Shown piece after piece: positions 39,835-49,702 of a DNA stretch of 64,000 nt. The notes under the pieces were generated by a model. It worked only from the letters and a program-made list of their open reading frames with translations, made no database searches and had not been told where the DNA came from. This DNA comes from an uncultured Bacillota bacterium. Lineage in GTDB: Bacteria > Bacillota > Clostridia > Christensenellales > UBA1242. Position numbers and translations under genes: made by a program. Positions within the stretch are counted from its first letter, which is position 1. Each line of letters starts with the position of its first letter. The stretch is from the NCBI GenBank assembly GCA_948465545.1, contig CAOJXO010000001.1, forward strand, positions 4,150 to 68,149, given 5' to 3'.

Positions 39835-40952
39835 CAGCTTATTTTGACTATGCTTCCACATCTTATCGCAAACCAAGATGTGTTTATAAAGCCATAAAAG
39901 CCTACAAGAAATATGGAGTAAACATAGGACGAGGAAGCAATAAATATTCATCTAAATGCACAAAGATTATTGAAGAAACGCGACAAATGTTGAAGTCTTT
40001 GGTAAAGGCCGATGACAACTATCAAACTATTTTCCAACCGTCTGCAACCTATGCTTTAAACTTGTTGATTAAAGGACTTGACTATACAAAGATCCACAAT
40101 GTTTATATCTCAAAATATGAACACAACTCTGTTGTAAGACCGCTTTTCAATATGCAAAAGAAACATAACTTTGATATTGTTTATATTGAAGATTATGAAG
40201 AACAATTTAAACACAAAATACCAGACGTTGTTATCATCTCACATTTGACAAATACATTTGGAATCATACAAGATTTTGAGAACATTTTTAAAGCAGCAAA
40301 GAAATACAAAGCAATAACAATCTTGGATATGGCACAATCCTTTGGACTTATCGAAACAAACATTGTTTCTGGGAAAGTTGATGCCGCTGTTTTCGCCGGA
40401 CACAAAACCCTTTATGGATTTAGTGGAATTGGCGGAATCATACTCAATAACAGCCTAAAACTAAACGAAACTATACATGGCGGAACAGGAATTAAATCTG
40501 CTGATATTGAAATGCCAAATGAAAGGCCAATAAGATTTGAAGCAGGCACACAAAACATTCTTGGAATATTTAGTCTTTATTATTCTTGCAAATATTTGCT
40601 GAAACTTGGCTTTCGCAAAATAAACGAAATCGAAACAAAGAATTTCAACAAACTGAAAACTATATTAAAAAGATATTCTTGCTTGGAAGTTATAGATCCA
40701 CAAGTGCCATGCTCAACAATCGTTGCGTGCAGAATAAAGAACTATAATCCAGAAAACTTTGCCGACTTTTTCAGCAAGCATGGTGTTGCTTTAAGAACAG
40801 GACTACAATGCAGCCCAAACGCCCATAAATGCTTTGGAACTTTCCCAAGCGGAACTTTGCGATTTAGTGTTGGATTGTTTATCAAAAATCGTGAGTTTAA
40901 AACTCTTGAAAGAACATTGAAGAAACTACACAACAAACTCAACAAAAAATAA
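39831..40952 (+). CDS. cysteine desulfurase (class V aminotransferase)
   Basis: YFDYASTS, EHNSV, DMAQ, GHK PLP lysine, EAGT, RTGLQCS catalytic Cys; ATGA overlap with the PAPS-reductase gene. Confidence 0.9.
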   Translation: MTAYFDYASTSYRKPRCVYKAIKAYKKYGVNIGRGSNKYSSKCTKIIEETRQMLKSLVKADDNYQTIFQPSATYALNLLIKGLDYTKIHNVYISKYEHNSVVRPLFNMQKKHNFDIVYIEDYEEQFKHKIPDVVIISHLTNTFGIIQDFENIFKAAKKYKAITILDMAQSFGLIETNIVSGKVDAAVFAGHKTLYGFSGIGGIILNNSLKLNETIHGGTGIKSADIEMPNERPIRFEAGTQNILGIFSLYYSCKYLLKLGFRKINEIETKNFNKLKTILKRYSCLEVIDPQVPCSTIVACRIKNYNPENFADFFSKHGVALRTGLQCSPNAHKCFGTFPSGTLRFSVGLFIKNREFKTLERTLKKLHNKLNKK

Positions 40953-40980
40953 AAGGTTGTCATTATCGACAACCTTTTTT
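40951..40980. terminator. bidirectional terminator
   Basis: AAAAGGTTGTC-attatc-GACAACCTTTT between convergent genes. Confidence 0.8.
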
Positions 40981-40982
40981 CT

Positions 40983-42839
40983 TTAATAAATTCTTTCTGG
41001 CAAATCGTCAACAGGATCTCTTTCCAAAAGCATATCTGCAAAGGGATCTTTCTTTCGTTCTAACTCGTCACGAGTGTCATAGAAATAGCGTCTATTTTCA
41101 AGCTCAATTTCCCCATAAACTTGTCTGACATATTCTTCACGTGCTGGGCCTTTAAGCAAATATCTTTCTCTATCTTGACAATGCCCAAATCTATAAACAT
41201 CAGGACTTGGTGCGTTGCCATTTCGCATTTGCACAACTTTTTCATATCCCAAAAGTTCAAGCGAGTATTCACAATCAACCAACAGCCCAATTTCTTTTTC
41301 CGAGAAACCTTTGTCTGCATATCTTTTGCAAATATCTGATCTACATTCATCAAAATCAGAATATTGGTCAATAGGTGGATATGCCAATCCAGAAGTATAT
41401 TTTATTGTGTTTATCAATTGCAACATTTCATCAACTTTGTCATAAGAAACATCTAAATTTTGTTTATTTAATTCATTGACTTTGTCTTTAATAAGTGGAA
41501 GGAGTTTCTTCGTATAACAATCTCTTACTTCAAGATCTACACTGCTAATTGCGGCACCAACATATCTTATTTGATCTCTATCAAGTAAAGTTTTAAAAAT
41601 CTTTTCGGCTTCTTTAATGCTTAACACGTTGCCAAAATTTTCAAATGAATTTGAACAAACTGGTTTGCCTTCTTCAATCAATTCTGTCAGAAGTTTAGTG
41701 TATGTGCCTTCTTCTGTAAATTGGTCCATAACATTGAAAGTATATGAAATCCCATTTTGGATATAGTGTTTATAAATACTCTCATAATACGATTTACAAG
41801 CATTTTTATATTCTTTATCATCTTTAATCTCTCTACTCAAAGTTTTTAATTGAATGTCAAGCAGATGTTCAAGAACATCTTGTTTGAGTTTTAATCTTTG
41901 TGCAAACTTTGGGGCATTTGCAAAATAATATTCCATTTTGTCCTTTTCAAGCTCTTGGTGTTCAACTTTAATAACGTCTGCAAAAAATTTCTCATCATTT
42001 ATTTTATCTAACAATTGTTCCAAAGCTAAATAAAACATTGTGGCTTCGTGTCGATTTACAGATTCCATTTCTTTCTCGGCATCATAAAAAATTCCCAAAT
42101 CAGCAACAAATCTGTTCTTTCTTAAAACATCAATTTCATGTGAACAATCCCAAAGCTCTTTCAAACAAGAAAGTGCAAATTGTCTTGCGTCAATTTCGTA
42201 TGATTGTGATAAATAGAGAGGAAAATCAAAATCTTCTTTATCCCCAATCAATGAGTGTGCAAAGCGAAACTCTGCATTATCAATACGAGAAGCCATATTA
42301 TACAATGCTTCGACATCATGAGGTTTAATTTTTAACGTGTCTGATACAAGAGAATCTTCGGCAACATGTTGTGAATAGTCCTTTATAAATCGGGCATATT
42401 CTTTGCTTTCATTTTTTGAAAAATCAAATTTCTTGTTATAAATTGCAACATTTGTTTGAACAAAATGGCGATATTCATGTGATAGTGTTTGAATAAGTGA
42501 AAGTATTTTTGACCTGTCAAACACTCCACCTGTTTCTTCTTCCTTATAAAAAAATATTTCTTCGTCACTAAGTGAATATTCTTCATTAGGAAGTTTACTT
42601 ATTGCTCTTGTATAACCACCCTTAGTTTTAGTTTTATTTATAAACTCATTCAGCATTTGTTCTGCGTCTTTCTCAACAAAAGAGAAGGATATATTCCTTA
42701 ATTTAAGCTCTTTAAATTTAGGCTTAACAAAAGCGTCAAGATATTCGTTTAAGAAATCTTGCATATTATCATAGCCAACAATGACATCATTTTTGGCAAG
42801 TTTTTCGAGAAATTTCTTTTGTTTTCTGTCAAGTTTCAT
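40983..42839 (-). CDS. hypothetical protein with zincin-like HExxH motif
   Basis: LSHEYRHFVQ with downstream Y..QSYEIDARQFA; start placed after AGGTGG. Confidence 0.65.
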   Translation of the reverse strand: MKLDRKQKKFLEKLAKNDVIVGYDNMQDFLNEYLDAFVKPKFKELKLRNISFSFVEKDAEQMLNEFINKTKTKGGYTRAISKLPNEEYSLSDEEIFFYKEEETGGVFDRSKILSLIQTLSHEYRHFVQTNVAIYNKKFDFSKNESKEYARFIKDYSQHVAEDSLVSDTLKIKPHDVEALYNMASRIDNAEFRFAHSLIGDKEDFDFPLYLSQSYEIDARQFALSCLKELWDCSHEIDVLRKNRFVADLGIFYDAEKEMESVNRHEATMFYLALEQLLDKINDEKFFADVIKVEHQELEKDKMEYYFANAPKFAQRLKLKQDVLEHLLDIQLKTLSREIKDDKEYKNACKSYYESIYKHYIQNGISYTFNVMDQFTEEGTYTKLLTELIEEGKPVCSNSFENFGNVLSIKEAEKIFKTLLDRDQIRYVGAAISSVDLEVRDCYTKKLLPLIKDKVNELNKQNLDVSYDKVDEMLQLINTIKYTSGLAYPPIDQYSDFDECRSDICKRYADKGFSEKEIGLLVDCEYSLELLGYEKVVQMRNGNAPSPDVYRFGHCQDRERYLLKGPAREEYVRQVYGEIELENRRYFYDTRDELERKKDPFADMLLERDPVDDLPERIY

Positions 42840-43012
42840 AACTACCACCTTTCTACAATTATAACACAATTATAAATTTTTGTAAATATCTAAGTAAAGT
42901 TTTTTATAAATATGGAAAAGTTTAATGCTACACTTTTTTATCAAAAACATATACAAACTTATGGAAAGTATGCTATAATATCCATAATGAAAAAACAAAT
43001 AAAGGACACTCG

Positions 43013-44107
43013 ATGACAACTTATAAAATCAACACAACAAAATTGAAAGAAAACTATGAAATGTTTGCGGGCTTTGGACCTGTTTATTTTCCTATTAAAA
43101 CAAATCACAATCCAATTATTTTGAAAAGACTCAAAGAACTTGGTTGTGGATTTGAAACTGACAGCATTGAGCATATTAAAAAAGTTTATTCAAAAAACAT
43201 TGCTGATAAAATTATGTTTTCAAATGTTGCCAAATCCTATGATGATGTTGTGTGGGCAATCAAACATAAGATTTCTTACTATACAATTGATGATGAAAAC
43301 TCACTTAAACAAATTATTGACTTAGCAATTAAACACAAATTGCCAAAACTGAAAATCAATGTAAGACTTAATGTGTATGAGTGCTTTAAGGAAGAATTTG
43401 ACAAGAAAGGCACATCAGACTCTCGTCTTGGCGCTATTGTAAAAACAGCAACAAAACTTTTGAAAATTATCAATGAAGAAAAGTGCATTGAAATAGAAAA
43501 AGGAATAAGTTTTTATATTCAAGCTGAAATCCACAATGACGAAGATTGCTTGATAAAAATGTTGGAACACATAACAAAGTCTTTCAACAAAAAGATTAGC
43601 ATTGATTTCATCAATATCGGTGGTGGTGCAAATAAAGAACGCTTGCTTTACACGATGCCAACAATCGAAAAAACTCTTAAACATTTTGGTGCAAAGTATA
43701 TTGTTTTAGAGCCCGGAAGATATATGGTTGGTGATGTGGAAGATGTTTATATCCCATGCGTTAGAGTTGTTGATAATTTGGCACTTAAAAACGAAGTTGT
43801 AGCTTCGCTTGAACTTGGAATCTATAACGGTTTGATAGATATGCAGCTTCACAAAAGACAATTTGAGATTTTCGCCTACAATGGCGAAAAATTGATAAAA
43901 CTTGAAAAAGCAAACAACAAGCAAAAACTCGTTTTGCGTGGACCAACCGCCGACTCTCTTGATATTATTGGCGTTTATTCTTTGCCAGATTGCAAGATTG
44001 ACAGCAAAACAATCTTTGTCATAAAGAATGTTGGTGCTTATGTTGAAGTTTTCAACTCTGCTTTTTCTGGCGAAATTAAAACTTGTTTTGTTGAGGTGCT
44101 CCAATGA
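43013..44107 (+). CDS. PLP-dependent Orn/Lys/DAP-decarboxylase family protein (divergent)
   Basis: YFPIKTN, INIGGG, EPGRY, GPTADSLD, GAY. Confidence 0.8.
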   Translation: MTTYKINTTKLKENYEMFAGFGPVYFPIKTNHNPIILKRLKELGCGFETDSIEHIKKVYSKNIADKIMFSNVAKSYDDVVWAIKHKISYYTIDDENSLKQIIDLAIKHKLPKLKINVRLNVYECFKEEFDKKGTSDSRLGAIVKTATKLLKIINEEKCIEIEKGISFYIQAEIHNDEDCLIKMLEHITKSFNKKISIDFINIGGGANKERLLYTMPTIEKTLKHFGAKYIVLEPGRYMVGDVEDVYIPCVRVVDNLALKNEVVASLELGIYNGLIDMQLHKRQFEIFAYNGEKLIKLEKANNKQKLVLRGPTADSLDIIGVYSLPDCKIDSKTIFVIKNVGAYVEVFNSAFSGEIKTCFVEVLQ

Positions 44108-44847
44108 AAAAACTTAAAACTTGGAAGGGTTATAATTGGCTTGATTTGGTTTTAATACTTTCTGGCATTATCGCAGTGACCGTCACAGGAATTTTGTTTA
44201 AATCGGAATGGTTTATTATTGCAAATACTCTTTTAGGATTGTTGTGCGTTTTTACACAAGCCAAAGGAAAAATTGCCACACAATTTATCGGCGTTGCTCA
44301 CTTTTGTTTTTACATCTATATTTGCTACACACAAAAGTTTTATGGCGAAGCACTCTTATATTTGATAATCATGTTGCCTATGTATATTTACGGTGTTATC
44401 CATTGGCTTGCACATAGAGATAAACAAGACAACGTTGTTATCGTGCGCAGCAATCTCTCAAAGAAAGAATGGTTGTTTTCATCTCTCGCTTTTGTTGGTG
44501 TGGGTGTTGCAGTTTTCTTTATTTTAAGAGCGCTGCAAACAAATCAGCTTGTCACAAACACTTTTTCATTTTTGTCAATGCTGCCCGCTGTTTATCTCTT
44601 AATTAGAAGATGTAAGTGGAATCAAGTTGCATTTTTGATAAACGATTTCATCGTTCCTATTCTCTGGATCTTTCTTGTTGTGCAGGGAGACTTATCTTTC
44701 ATTCCAATGTGTATATACCATGTTTTCCAAATTGCTTATGATGTTTATGGTTTGTTTGAATGGATTAAACTTGAAAAGAAACAAAAGCAAGAAATTGTCC
44801 TTAATCCACCTACTGATGAAGAAAACAATGAAAATCCGTCTGTTTAG
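44104..44847 (+). CDS. PnuC-family transporter
   Basis: GLLCVFTQAKGK, YGEALL, IYGVIHW and YGLFEW motifs; multiple TM segments. Confidence 0.85.
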   Translation: MKKLKTWKGYNWLDLVLILSGIIAVTVTGILFKSEWFIIANTLLGLLCVFTQAKGKIATQFIGVAHFCFYIYICYTQKFYGEALLYLIIMLPMYIYGVIHWLAHRDKQDNVVIVRSNLSKKEWLFSSLAFVGVGVAVFFILRALQTNQLVTNTFSFLSMLPAVYLLIRRCKWNQVAFLINDFIVPILWIFLVVQGDLSFIPMCIYHVFQIAYDVYGLFEWIKLEKKQKQEIVLNPPTDEENNENPSV

Positions 44848-44858
44848 ACGGATTTTTT
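44831..44858 (+). terminator. intrinsic terminator after the PnuC-family gene
   Basis: AAAATCCGTCT-gttt-AGACGGATTTT. Confidence 0.75.
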
Positions 44859-44913
44859 ATTTTAAAATGGTGCAAAATCGGAAGTTTTATGTTATAATAA
44901 AAATGAGGTATAT

Positions 44914-45957
44914 ATGGATCTTCAAGTTTTGGTTAATGAATATATAAACAATCAGCTTTTGAAAGTTGATAATTTATCAACTGAATTAAACGGAAATATG
45001 ATTGACAGATTGTTTGCCAAGAAGTTTAGAAAATACTCTATTGATCCACAAGTGAGAATTGATGTCGAAACAAAATTAAACAATATCATTGACAAAAAAT
45101 TGCCTTTGACCTTTGTTCCAAGTTTTGGTGGATATAAGCATTGGTGGGCACCAACCTATCCAACAATTGATTGGGCAGAAATCTTCAACATGAAATTTAT
45201 GCTTGAATATCTTGCACCTATTTGTGCCAACTATCATGACAACAAAAGCACAATCGAATATGAAAGTGAAGAAATCATTTTAAGCGAACTCAACAATGTG
45301 CCACAATCTGGACTTGACGAATACACAAACACTTTCAGAAAGGCTTTGGAGTTTTTCAACAAAAATCAAAAAGTTGTTGAAATGAAATTAAGTCTTGCAA
45401 GAGAACAATACAAAGACTATAACTTTGACAAACAAAAATTGCTTAAACGAATTGACGAAATGATGGCTGATTACACCGATCGTTTCAACAACTACGATTC
45501 AGAAGATCAAGCAAGAAGAATACAAAAAGCAAGAACAAACTTTAAATTGAATGGCGTTGTTGATTATTCTCATTTGAGTGAACAAGAACAAGAAGAACTT
45601 TATAAGAAATCCCGCATATTAAACGAGGCTTTCTTGGACGCCGATTATGAAGTGCGTGGGAACGATTTCTTTGAAAAAGAAAACAACATTCCTTTGTTGT
45701 TCTCGTTTGGGCTTGGTCCCGGCGGAGAAGCATGGCTACACATTGGATCGAGCAAATCTTCAATGACAGACTTCTGGGCAGGCACAGGCATTTTGGAAGT
45801 GAGAGAAAACGAACAAATCATTGAAAGAATTTTAAGCAGAACGCAGTTTGAAAATGTTAAAGCCAAACTTGTGAAAGTCGCTGTTGAAAGCCCTATTTCA
45901 AACATCTGCACCCCACTTTCTTACATCTATGTTTATGAAGGACAATTGAATTTTTAG
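44914..45957 (+). CDS. divergent DIT1/PvcA (isocyanide-synthase)-like protein
   Basis: PLTFVPSFGGYK, DWAE, PICANY and FWAGTG follow the order of ICS motifs LPAFPxK, PDxAE, YxPG and PWH (by-eye alignment). Confidence 0.5.
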   Translation: MDLQVLVNEYINNQLLKVDNLSTELNGNMIDRLFAKKFRKYSIDPQVRIDVETKLNNIIDKKLPLTFVPSFGGYKHWWAPTYPTIDWAEIFNMKFMLEYLAPICANYHDNKSTIEYESEEIILSELNNVPQSGLDEYTNTFRKALEFFNKNQKVVEMKLSLAREQYKDYNFDKQKLLKRIDEMMADYTDRFNNYDSEDQARRIQKARTNFKLNGVVDYSHLSEQEQEELYKKSRILNEAFLDADYEVRGNDFFEKENNIPLLFSFGLGPGGEAWLHIGSSKSSMTDFWAGTGILEVRENEQIIERILSRTQFENVKAKLVKVAVESPISNICTPLSYIYVYEGQLNF

Positions 45958-45974
45958 TTAAAAGGGATTTTATA

Positions 45975-47084
45975 ATGGCAATAAACTATAAAGATATAAA
46001 CAAACGCATTTGCGATAGAACTGAAAGTTGGTGTTGGCAAACGGACAGAAAAATTTCACAAGAAGAAGTTAGAGAGATTTGGCAAGATAAACATCGTGGC
46101 ATTTCAAGCAAAGAATTGATTGAAAAAGTAAATAACGAACTGAAAGGCAATAAATTGATTTCAATCAATGAAGTTGACAAAAACGCACAAGAGAATTTGG
46201 GTTTCATCAATTCTGTGAGGGTTGGGACTTTGGATAATGGCAAGAAAGTGATTATTCGCTGTCACCCAAAAGGAATTAAAAACGGATATTTTCATGTTGA
46301 GAGTTTGGTGGCAAAAGAACTCAAAAATATGGGGTTGCCTACCTATTCAACATATTGTATTCATGATTTGGAAGATGAAAACGATTGTGCATTTCAAGTT
46401 ATTGAAAAAATCGAAGGAATTGCTGTCAAAAATTGGCTTGAAGCGCACCCAGAAGATACAATGAAGTTGACTTATGAAACTGGCAAAATGATGAGAAAAA
46501 TGCACGCTTTGAAAGTGAAAGGTTTCGGCAGTTTTGATAATGAAAAAGCAAAACTTGGAAAACTTGAATGTTTGCACAATTCATTGGCAAACTTTGTAAA
46601 TTGTGGATTGAAAAATAATTTGGAGACGCTTGTTAAATATAAAACTATTACACAAGAACAATCTGCAAAGATTTTGAATTTGTTTTCAAAAGACAATCCA
46701 TTGTTAGATTGCAAGCAATCTGTTTTAATTCATAACGATTTTGTGGACTGGAACTTATTGACTGACGGAAATACAATCACTGGCATTTTGGATTTGGACG
46801 AATGTGCTGGCGGTGCAGCTGTTTGTGATATTGCTTCTTGGAGTGGCATGAGTTCACTTGAAAGAGTTGAAGAATTTTTGAAGGGATATTTTGAAGATGA
46901 AAAGCCAAGCCAAGATTTTGACAGAAAATTAAAGTTGATTTCATTTAGGTGGATCATCTCAAATATGTCTTTGAGAAATAGCAGACTTGAATATATGCCA
47001 GACAATAAATTTTTGCAAAGTCTGATTGCTGATGGAAAGGAACAAATGAAGTTTTATATGAATTATTTTAATTTAGGAGAATAG
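45975..47084 (+). CDS. APH/choline-kinase family phosphotransferase
   Basis: LIHNDFVDWN Brenner motif and ILDLDE metal-binding motif. Confidence 0.85.
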   Translation: MAINYKDINKRICDRTESWCWQTDRKISQEEVREIWQDKHRGISSKELIEKVNNELKGNKLISINEVDKNAQENLGFINSVRVGTLDNGKKVIIRCHPKGIKNGYFHVESLVAKELKNMGLPTYSTYCIHDLEDENDCAFQVIEKIEGIAVKNWLEAHPEDTMKLTYETGKMMRKMHALKVKGFGSFDNEKAKLGKLECLHNSLANFVNCGLKNNLETLVKYKTITQEQSAKILNLFSKDNPLLDCKQSVLIHNDFVDWNLLTDGNTITGILDLDECAGGAAVCDIASWSGMSSLERVEEFLKGYFEDEKPSQDFDRKLKLISFRWIISNMSLRNSRLEYMPDNKFLQSLIADGKEQMKFYMNYFNLGE

Positions 47085-47086
47085 AA

Positions 47087-47827
47087 ATGAGAGTTATTTT
47101 AATTACAGGTGCAACATCTGGTGTTGGCTTTGAAGCGGCAAAACTTTTCTCGAAAGACAAAAACACAAAAGTTGTAAGTTTATCTATTGGCTTAGATAAC
47201 ATTGAGAAGGCAAAGAAGAAATTGCCAAATGCAGATTTTTTGCAATGTGATGTTTCAGATTACAATGCACTGGTGAAAATTGCAGAACAAGTTGAACAGA
47301 AATATGGCAAAATTGATGTATTAGTAAACAACGCAGGGACTATTATTCCGGGCAACATTGAAACTCTCGCAGTTGATGATTGGGATAAAGTGATAAAGAA
47401 CAACTTTTCAAGTTATTTCTATGTTTCAAAAGCATTTTTGCCTTTACTTAAAAAAGGAACAAATCCTAACATTGTGTGCATTTCTTCAATCTCTGCAACC
47501 GCAGGTGGAAGTTCAATCGCCTACTCTTGTGCAAAAGCAGGCGTGAACATGATTGCACAAACACTTGCAAAAGATTTGGCACAATATAATATTCGTGTGA
47601 ACACAATCTCGCCAGGTATGCTTAATTCTGGTTTTCAAATTCACAACAATGTGATGAACGAAGAACAATACAAAGAGATGTTAGAAAAACAAAGCGCAAG
47701 TTATCCTTTTGGAATTGGCACAGCTTTGGATATTGCAAATGCAATTATCTTCCTTTCAAGTGAAAAAGCAAGTTGGATTTCTGGTGCTGATTTACTTGTT
47801 GACGGTGGAAAACTTGCAAGCAGATAA
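47087..47827 (+). CDS. SDR oxidoreductase
   Basis: TGATSGVG, NNAG, YSCAK, VDGG. Confidence 0.92.
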   Translation: MRVILITGATSGVGFEAAKLFSKDKNTKVVSLSIGLDNIEKAKKKLPNADFLQCDVSDYNALVKIAEQVEQKYGKIDVLVNNAGTIIPGNIETLAVDDWDKVIKNNFSSYFYVSKAFLPLLKKGTNPNIVCISSISATAGGSSIAYSCAKAGVNMIAQTLAKDLAQYNIRVNTISPGMLNSGFQIHNNVMNEEQYKEMLEKQSASYPFGIGTALDIANAIIFLSSEKASWISGADLLVDGGKLASR

Positions 47828-47837
47828 GGAGTAAAAC

Positions 47838-48566
47838 ATGAAAAAAGTTGCATTAGTCACAGGCAGCACAATGGGAATTGGACTTGCCACTGCCAAAAAA
47901 TTGGCAAAGAAAAATATCGTTATCATCAATAGCAATAAAGCAGTTGACAAAGGTTTTATTAAAAAAGAGTTTGGTAAAAATGCAGAAGTTTATTTCTACA
48001 AAGCTGACATTTCAAACAAAGAAGATTTGATTGCTATGCGTGATTGGATTAAAAAGAAGTTTGGAAGGCTTGATTATTTATCCGCACACGCAGGCATTAT
48101 TCCGCTTCCATGTGGGATTGATGACATAACAGATGAGAATATGCACAAAACAATCGACACCAACCTTATTGGCACTTTCAACACTGTCAAATTGTTTGGC
48201 AATCTTATCAAAGAAACTGCCAAGAAAGGTGCGATTTGCTGCACAACATCTGTTGACGGAATTATTGGCGAGCCATACGCAGTTATTTACTCAACAACAA
48301 AAGCAGGTATAATTTCACTCACAAAATCTTATGCAAGATATTTTGGCGAGGATATTCGTGTAAATGCAGTTGCACCCGGACTTATTGACACCCCACTCAC
48401 AGCAAACTCTGGTGAAGATCCGGCTGCCACAACTGATTTTTCAATCATTAAAAGAATGGGCAAGCCAGAAGAAATTGCAAATGCAATCGCCTTTCTATTG
48501 TCAGACGAGGCAAGTTTTATAACAGGACAAATTCTTGCTGTTGACGGTGGATTTACATTAAAGTAA
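47838..48566 (+). CDS. SDR oxidoreductase
   Basis: TGSTMGIG, YSTTK, VNAVAPG, VDGG. Confidence 0.92.
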   Translation: MKKVALVTGSTMGIGLATAKKLAKKNIVIINSNKAVDKGFIKKEFGKNAEVYFYKADISNKEDLIAMRDWIKKKFGRLDYLSAHAGIIPLPCGIDDITDENMHKTIDTNLIGTFNTVKLFGNLIKETAKKGAICCTTSVDGIIGEPYAVIYSTTKAGIISLTKSYARYFGEDIRVNAVAPGLIDTPLTANSGEDPAATTDFSIIKRMGKPEEIANAIAFLLSDEASFITGQILAVDGGFTLK

Positions 48567-48580
48567 AAAGGAGAAAAGAG

Positions 48581-49684
48581 ATGAAAAAGGTTAAAATAGG
48601 CATTATTGGAACAGGTGTTGGAATAAGGACTCATTTGAAAGGGTTTAGAACACTTGAAACGGCGGAAGTTGTTGCGATTTCTGGAAGCAATCCAAAAAGG
48701 AGCCAAGAATTTGCTGAAAAGTATGACATTCCTTTTGCTTGCGCTGACTATAAAGAACTATGTGATCGTGAAGATCTTGACCTTATTTGCATTACAACGC
48801 CAAATAGACTGCACTTTGACATGGTAAAATATGCACTTAAAACTGGCAAACATATCCTTTGTGAAAAACCATTATCTGACGATAGCAAAGAAGTTAAGGA
48901 GTTGATAAAACTAACTAAGGATTACAATAACCTTACTCTTGTTGATCACCAACTTAGATTTAATCCGTATATTCAAAAAATAAAGAGTTTAATTGATAAA
49001 GGCACTCTTGGAAAAGTATATTTAGTCAAAATCAATCAACAGGGATCTGGTTTTGCAAATGAAAATGCTGCTTGGTGTTGGAGTTTTGATGAATCGCAAG
49101 GCGGTGGTGTTCGTTTGGCTATGGCTTCACATCTAACTGATTTGATACAATATTGGTTTAATTCCCCAAAGCCAACAAGTGTTATGGGCTATCTTAATCC
49201 AATCACAAAAGAAAGAAAAGACGCAAAAGATAAAGTGAAAAAAGTGTCTGCAAGCACCGTTTGCAACGCAACAATAAACTTTGCTGATGAAATGCAAGCG
49301 ATATTTACAATCAACGCGGGCTCTTATATGGAATCTCGTTTTGACATCCATATCTTCGGTGATAAAGGCGAACTTACATTCTCGCTTCAAGACAAACTGA
49401 GTTTATTTTTGCGTTCCAATGTTGGCACAAAACAACAAGTGGAAGTATGCGGGGTTTTTGATGATGAAAAAGCAAATAAAGCTTCAATCTTTTCGGGCTC
49501 ATTTAGATACTTCGCACCAAAACTTGTAAATTCAATCTTAAAGAAAAAATATGACGCGATTAAAGAATGTGCAACATTCTCTGACGCTGAATACAACTTG
49601 AAGATTTTGGACGCTATCAAAGAGTCCGCAAATACAGGTCTATCAGTCCAATTAAACAAGCCTAAAACAAATAAAAATATTTAA
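48581..49684 (+). CDS. Gfo/Idh/MocA-family oxidoreductase
   Basis: IGIIGTG, TPNRLH, CEKP, RFNP, GGG.....SHLTD. Confidence 0.92.
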   Translation: MKKVKIGIIGTGVGIRTHLKGFRTLETAEVVAISGSNPKRSQEFAEKYDIPFACADYKELCDREDLDLICITTPNRLHFDMVKYALKTGKHILCEKPLSDDSKEVKELIKLTKDYNNLTLVDHQLRFNPYIQKIKSLIDKGTLGKVYLVKINQQGSGFANENAAWCWSFDESQGGGVRLAMASHLTDLIQYWFNSPKPTSVMGYLNPITKERKDAKDKVKKVSASTVCNATINFADEMQAIFTINAGSYMESRFDIHIFGDKGELTFSLQDKLSLFLRSNVGTKQQVEVCGVFDDEKANKASIFSGSFRYFAPKLVNSILKKKYDAIKECATFSDAEYNLKILDAIKESANTGLSVQLNKPKTNKNI

Positions 49685-49702
49685 TTTGGAGTTTTAATAG
49701 CA

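Noticed and set aside
38200-40952. Sulfate assimilation cysH or Suf/Isc housekeeping genes; complete Dnd, Ssp or BREX system
   Set aside because: No cys/suf neighbours, helicase context on an ICE, and the other core Dnd/Ssp/BREX genes are not seen
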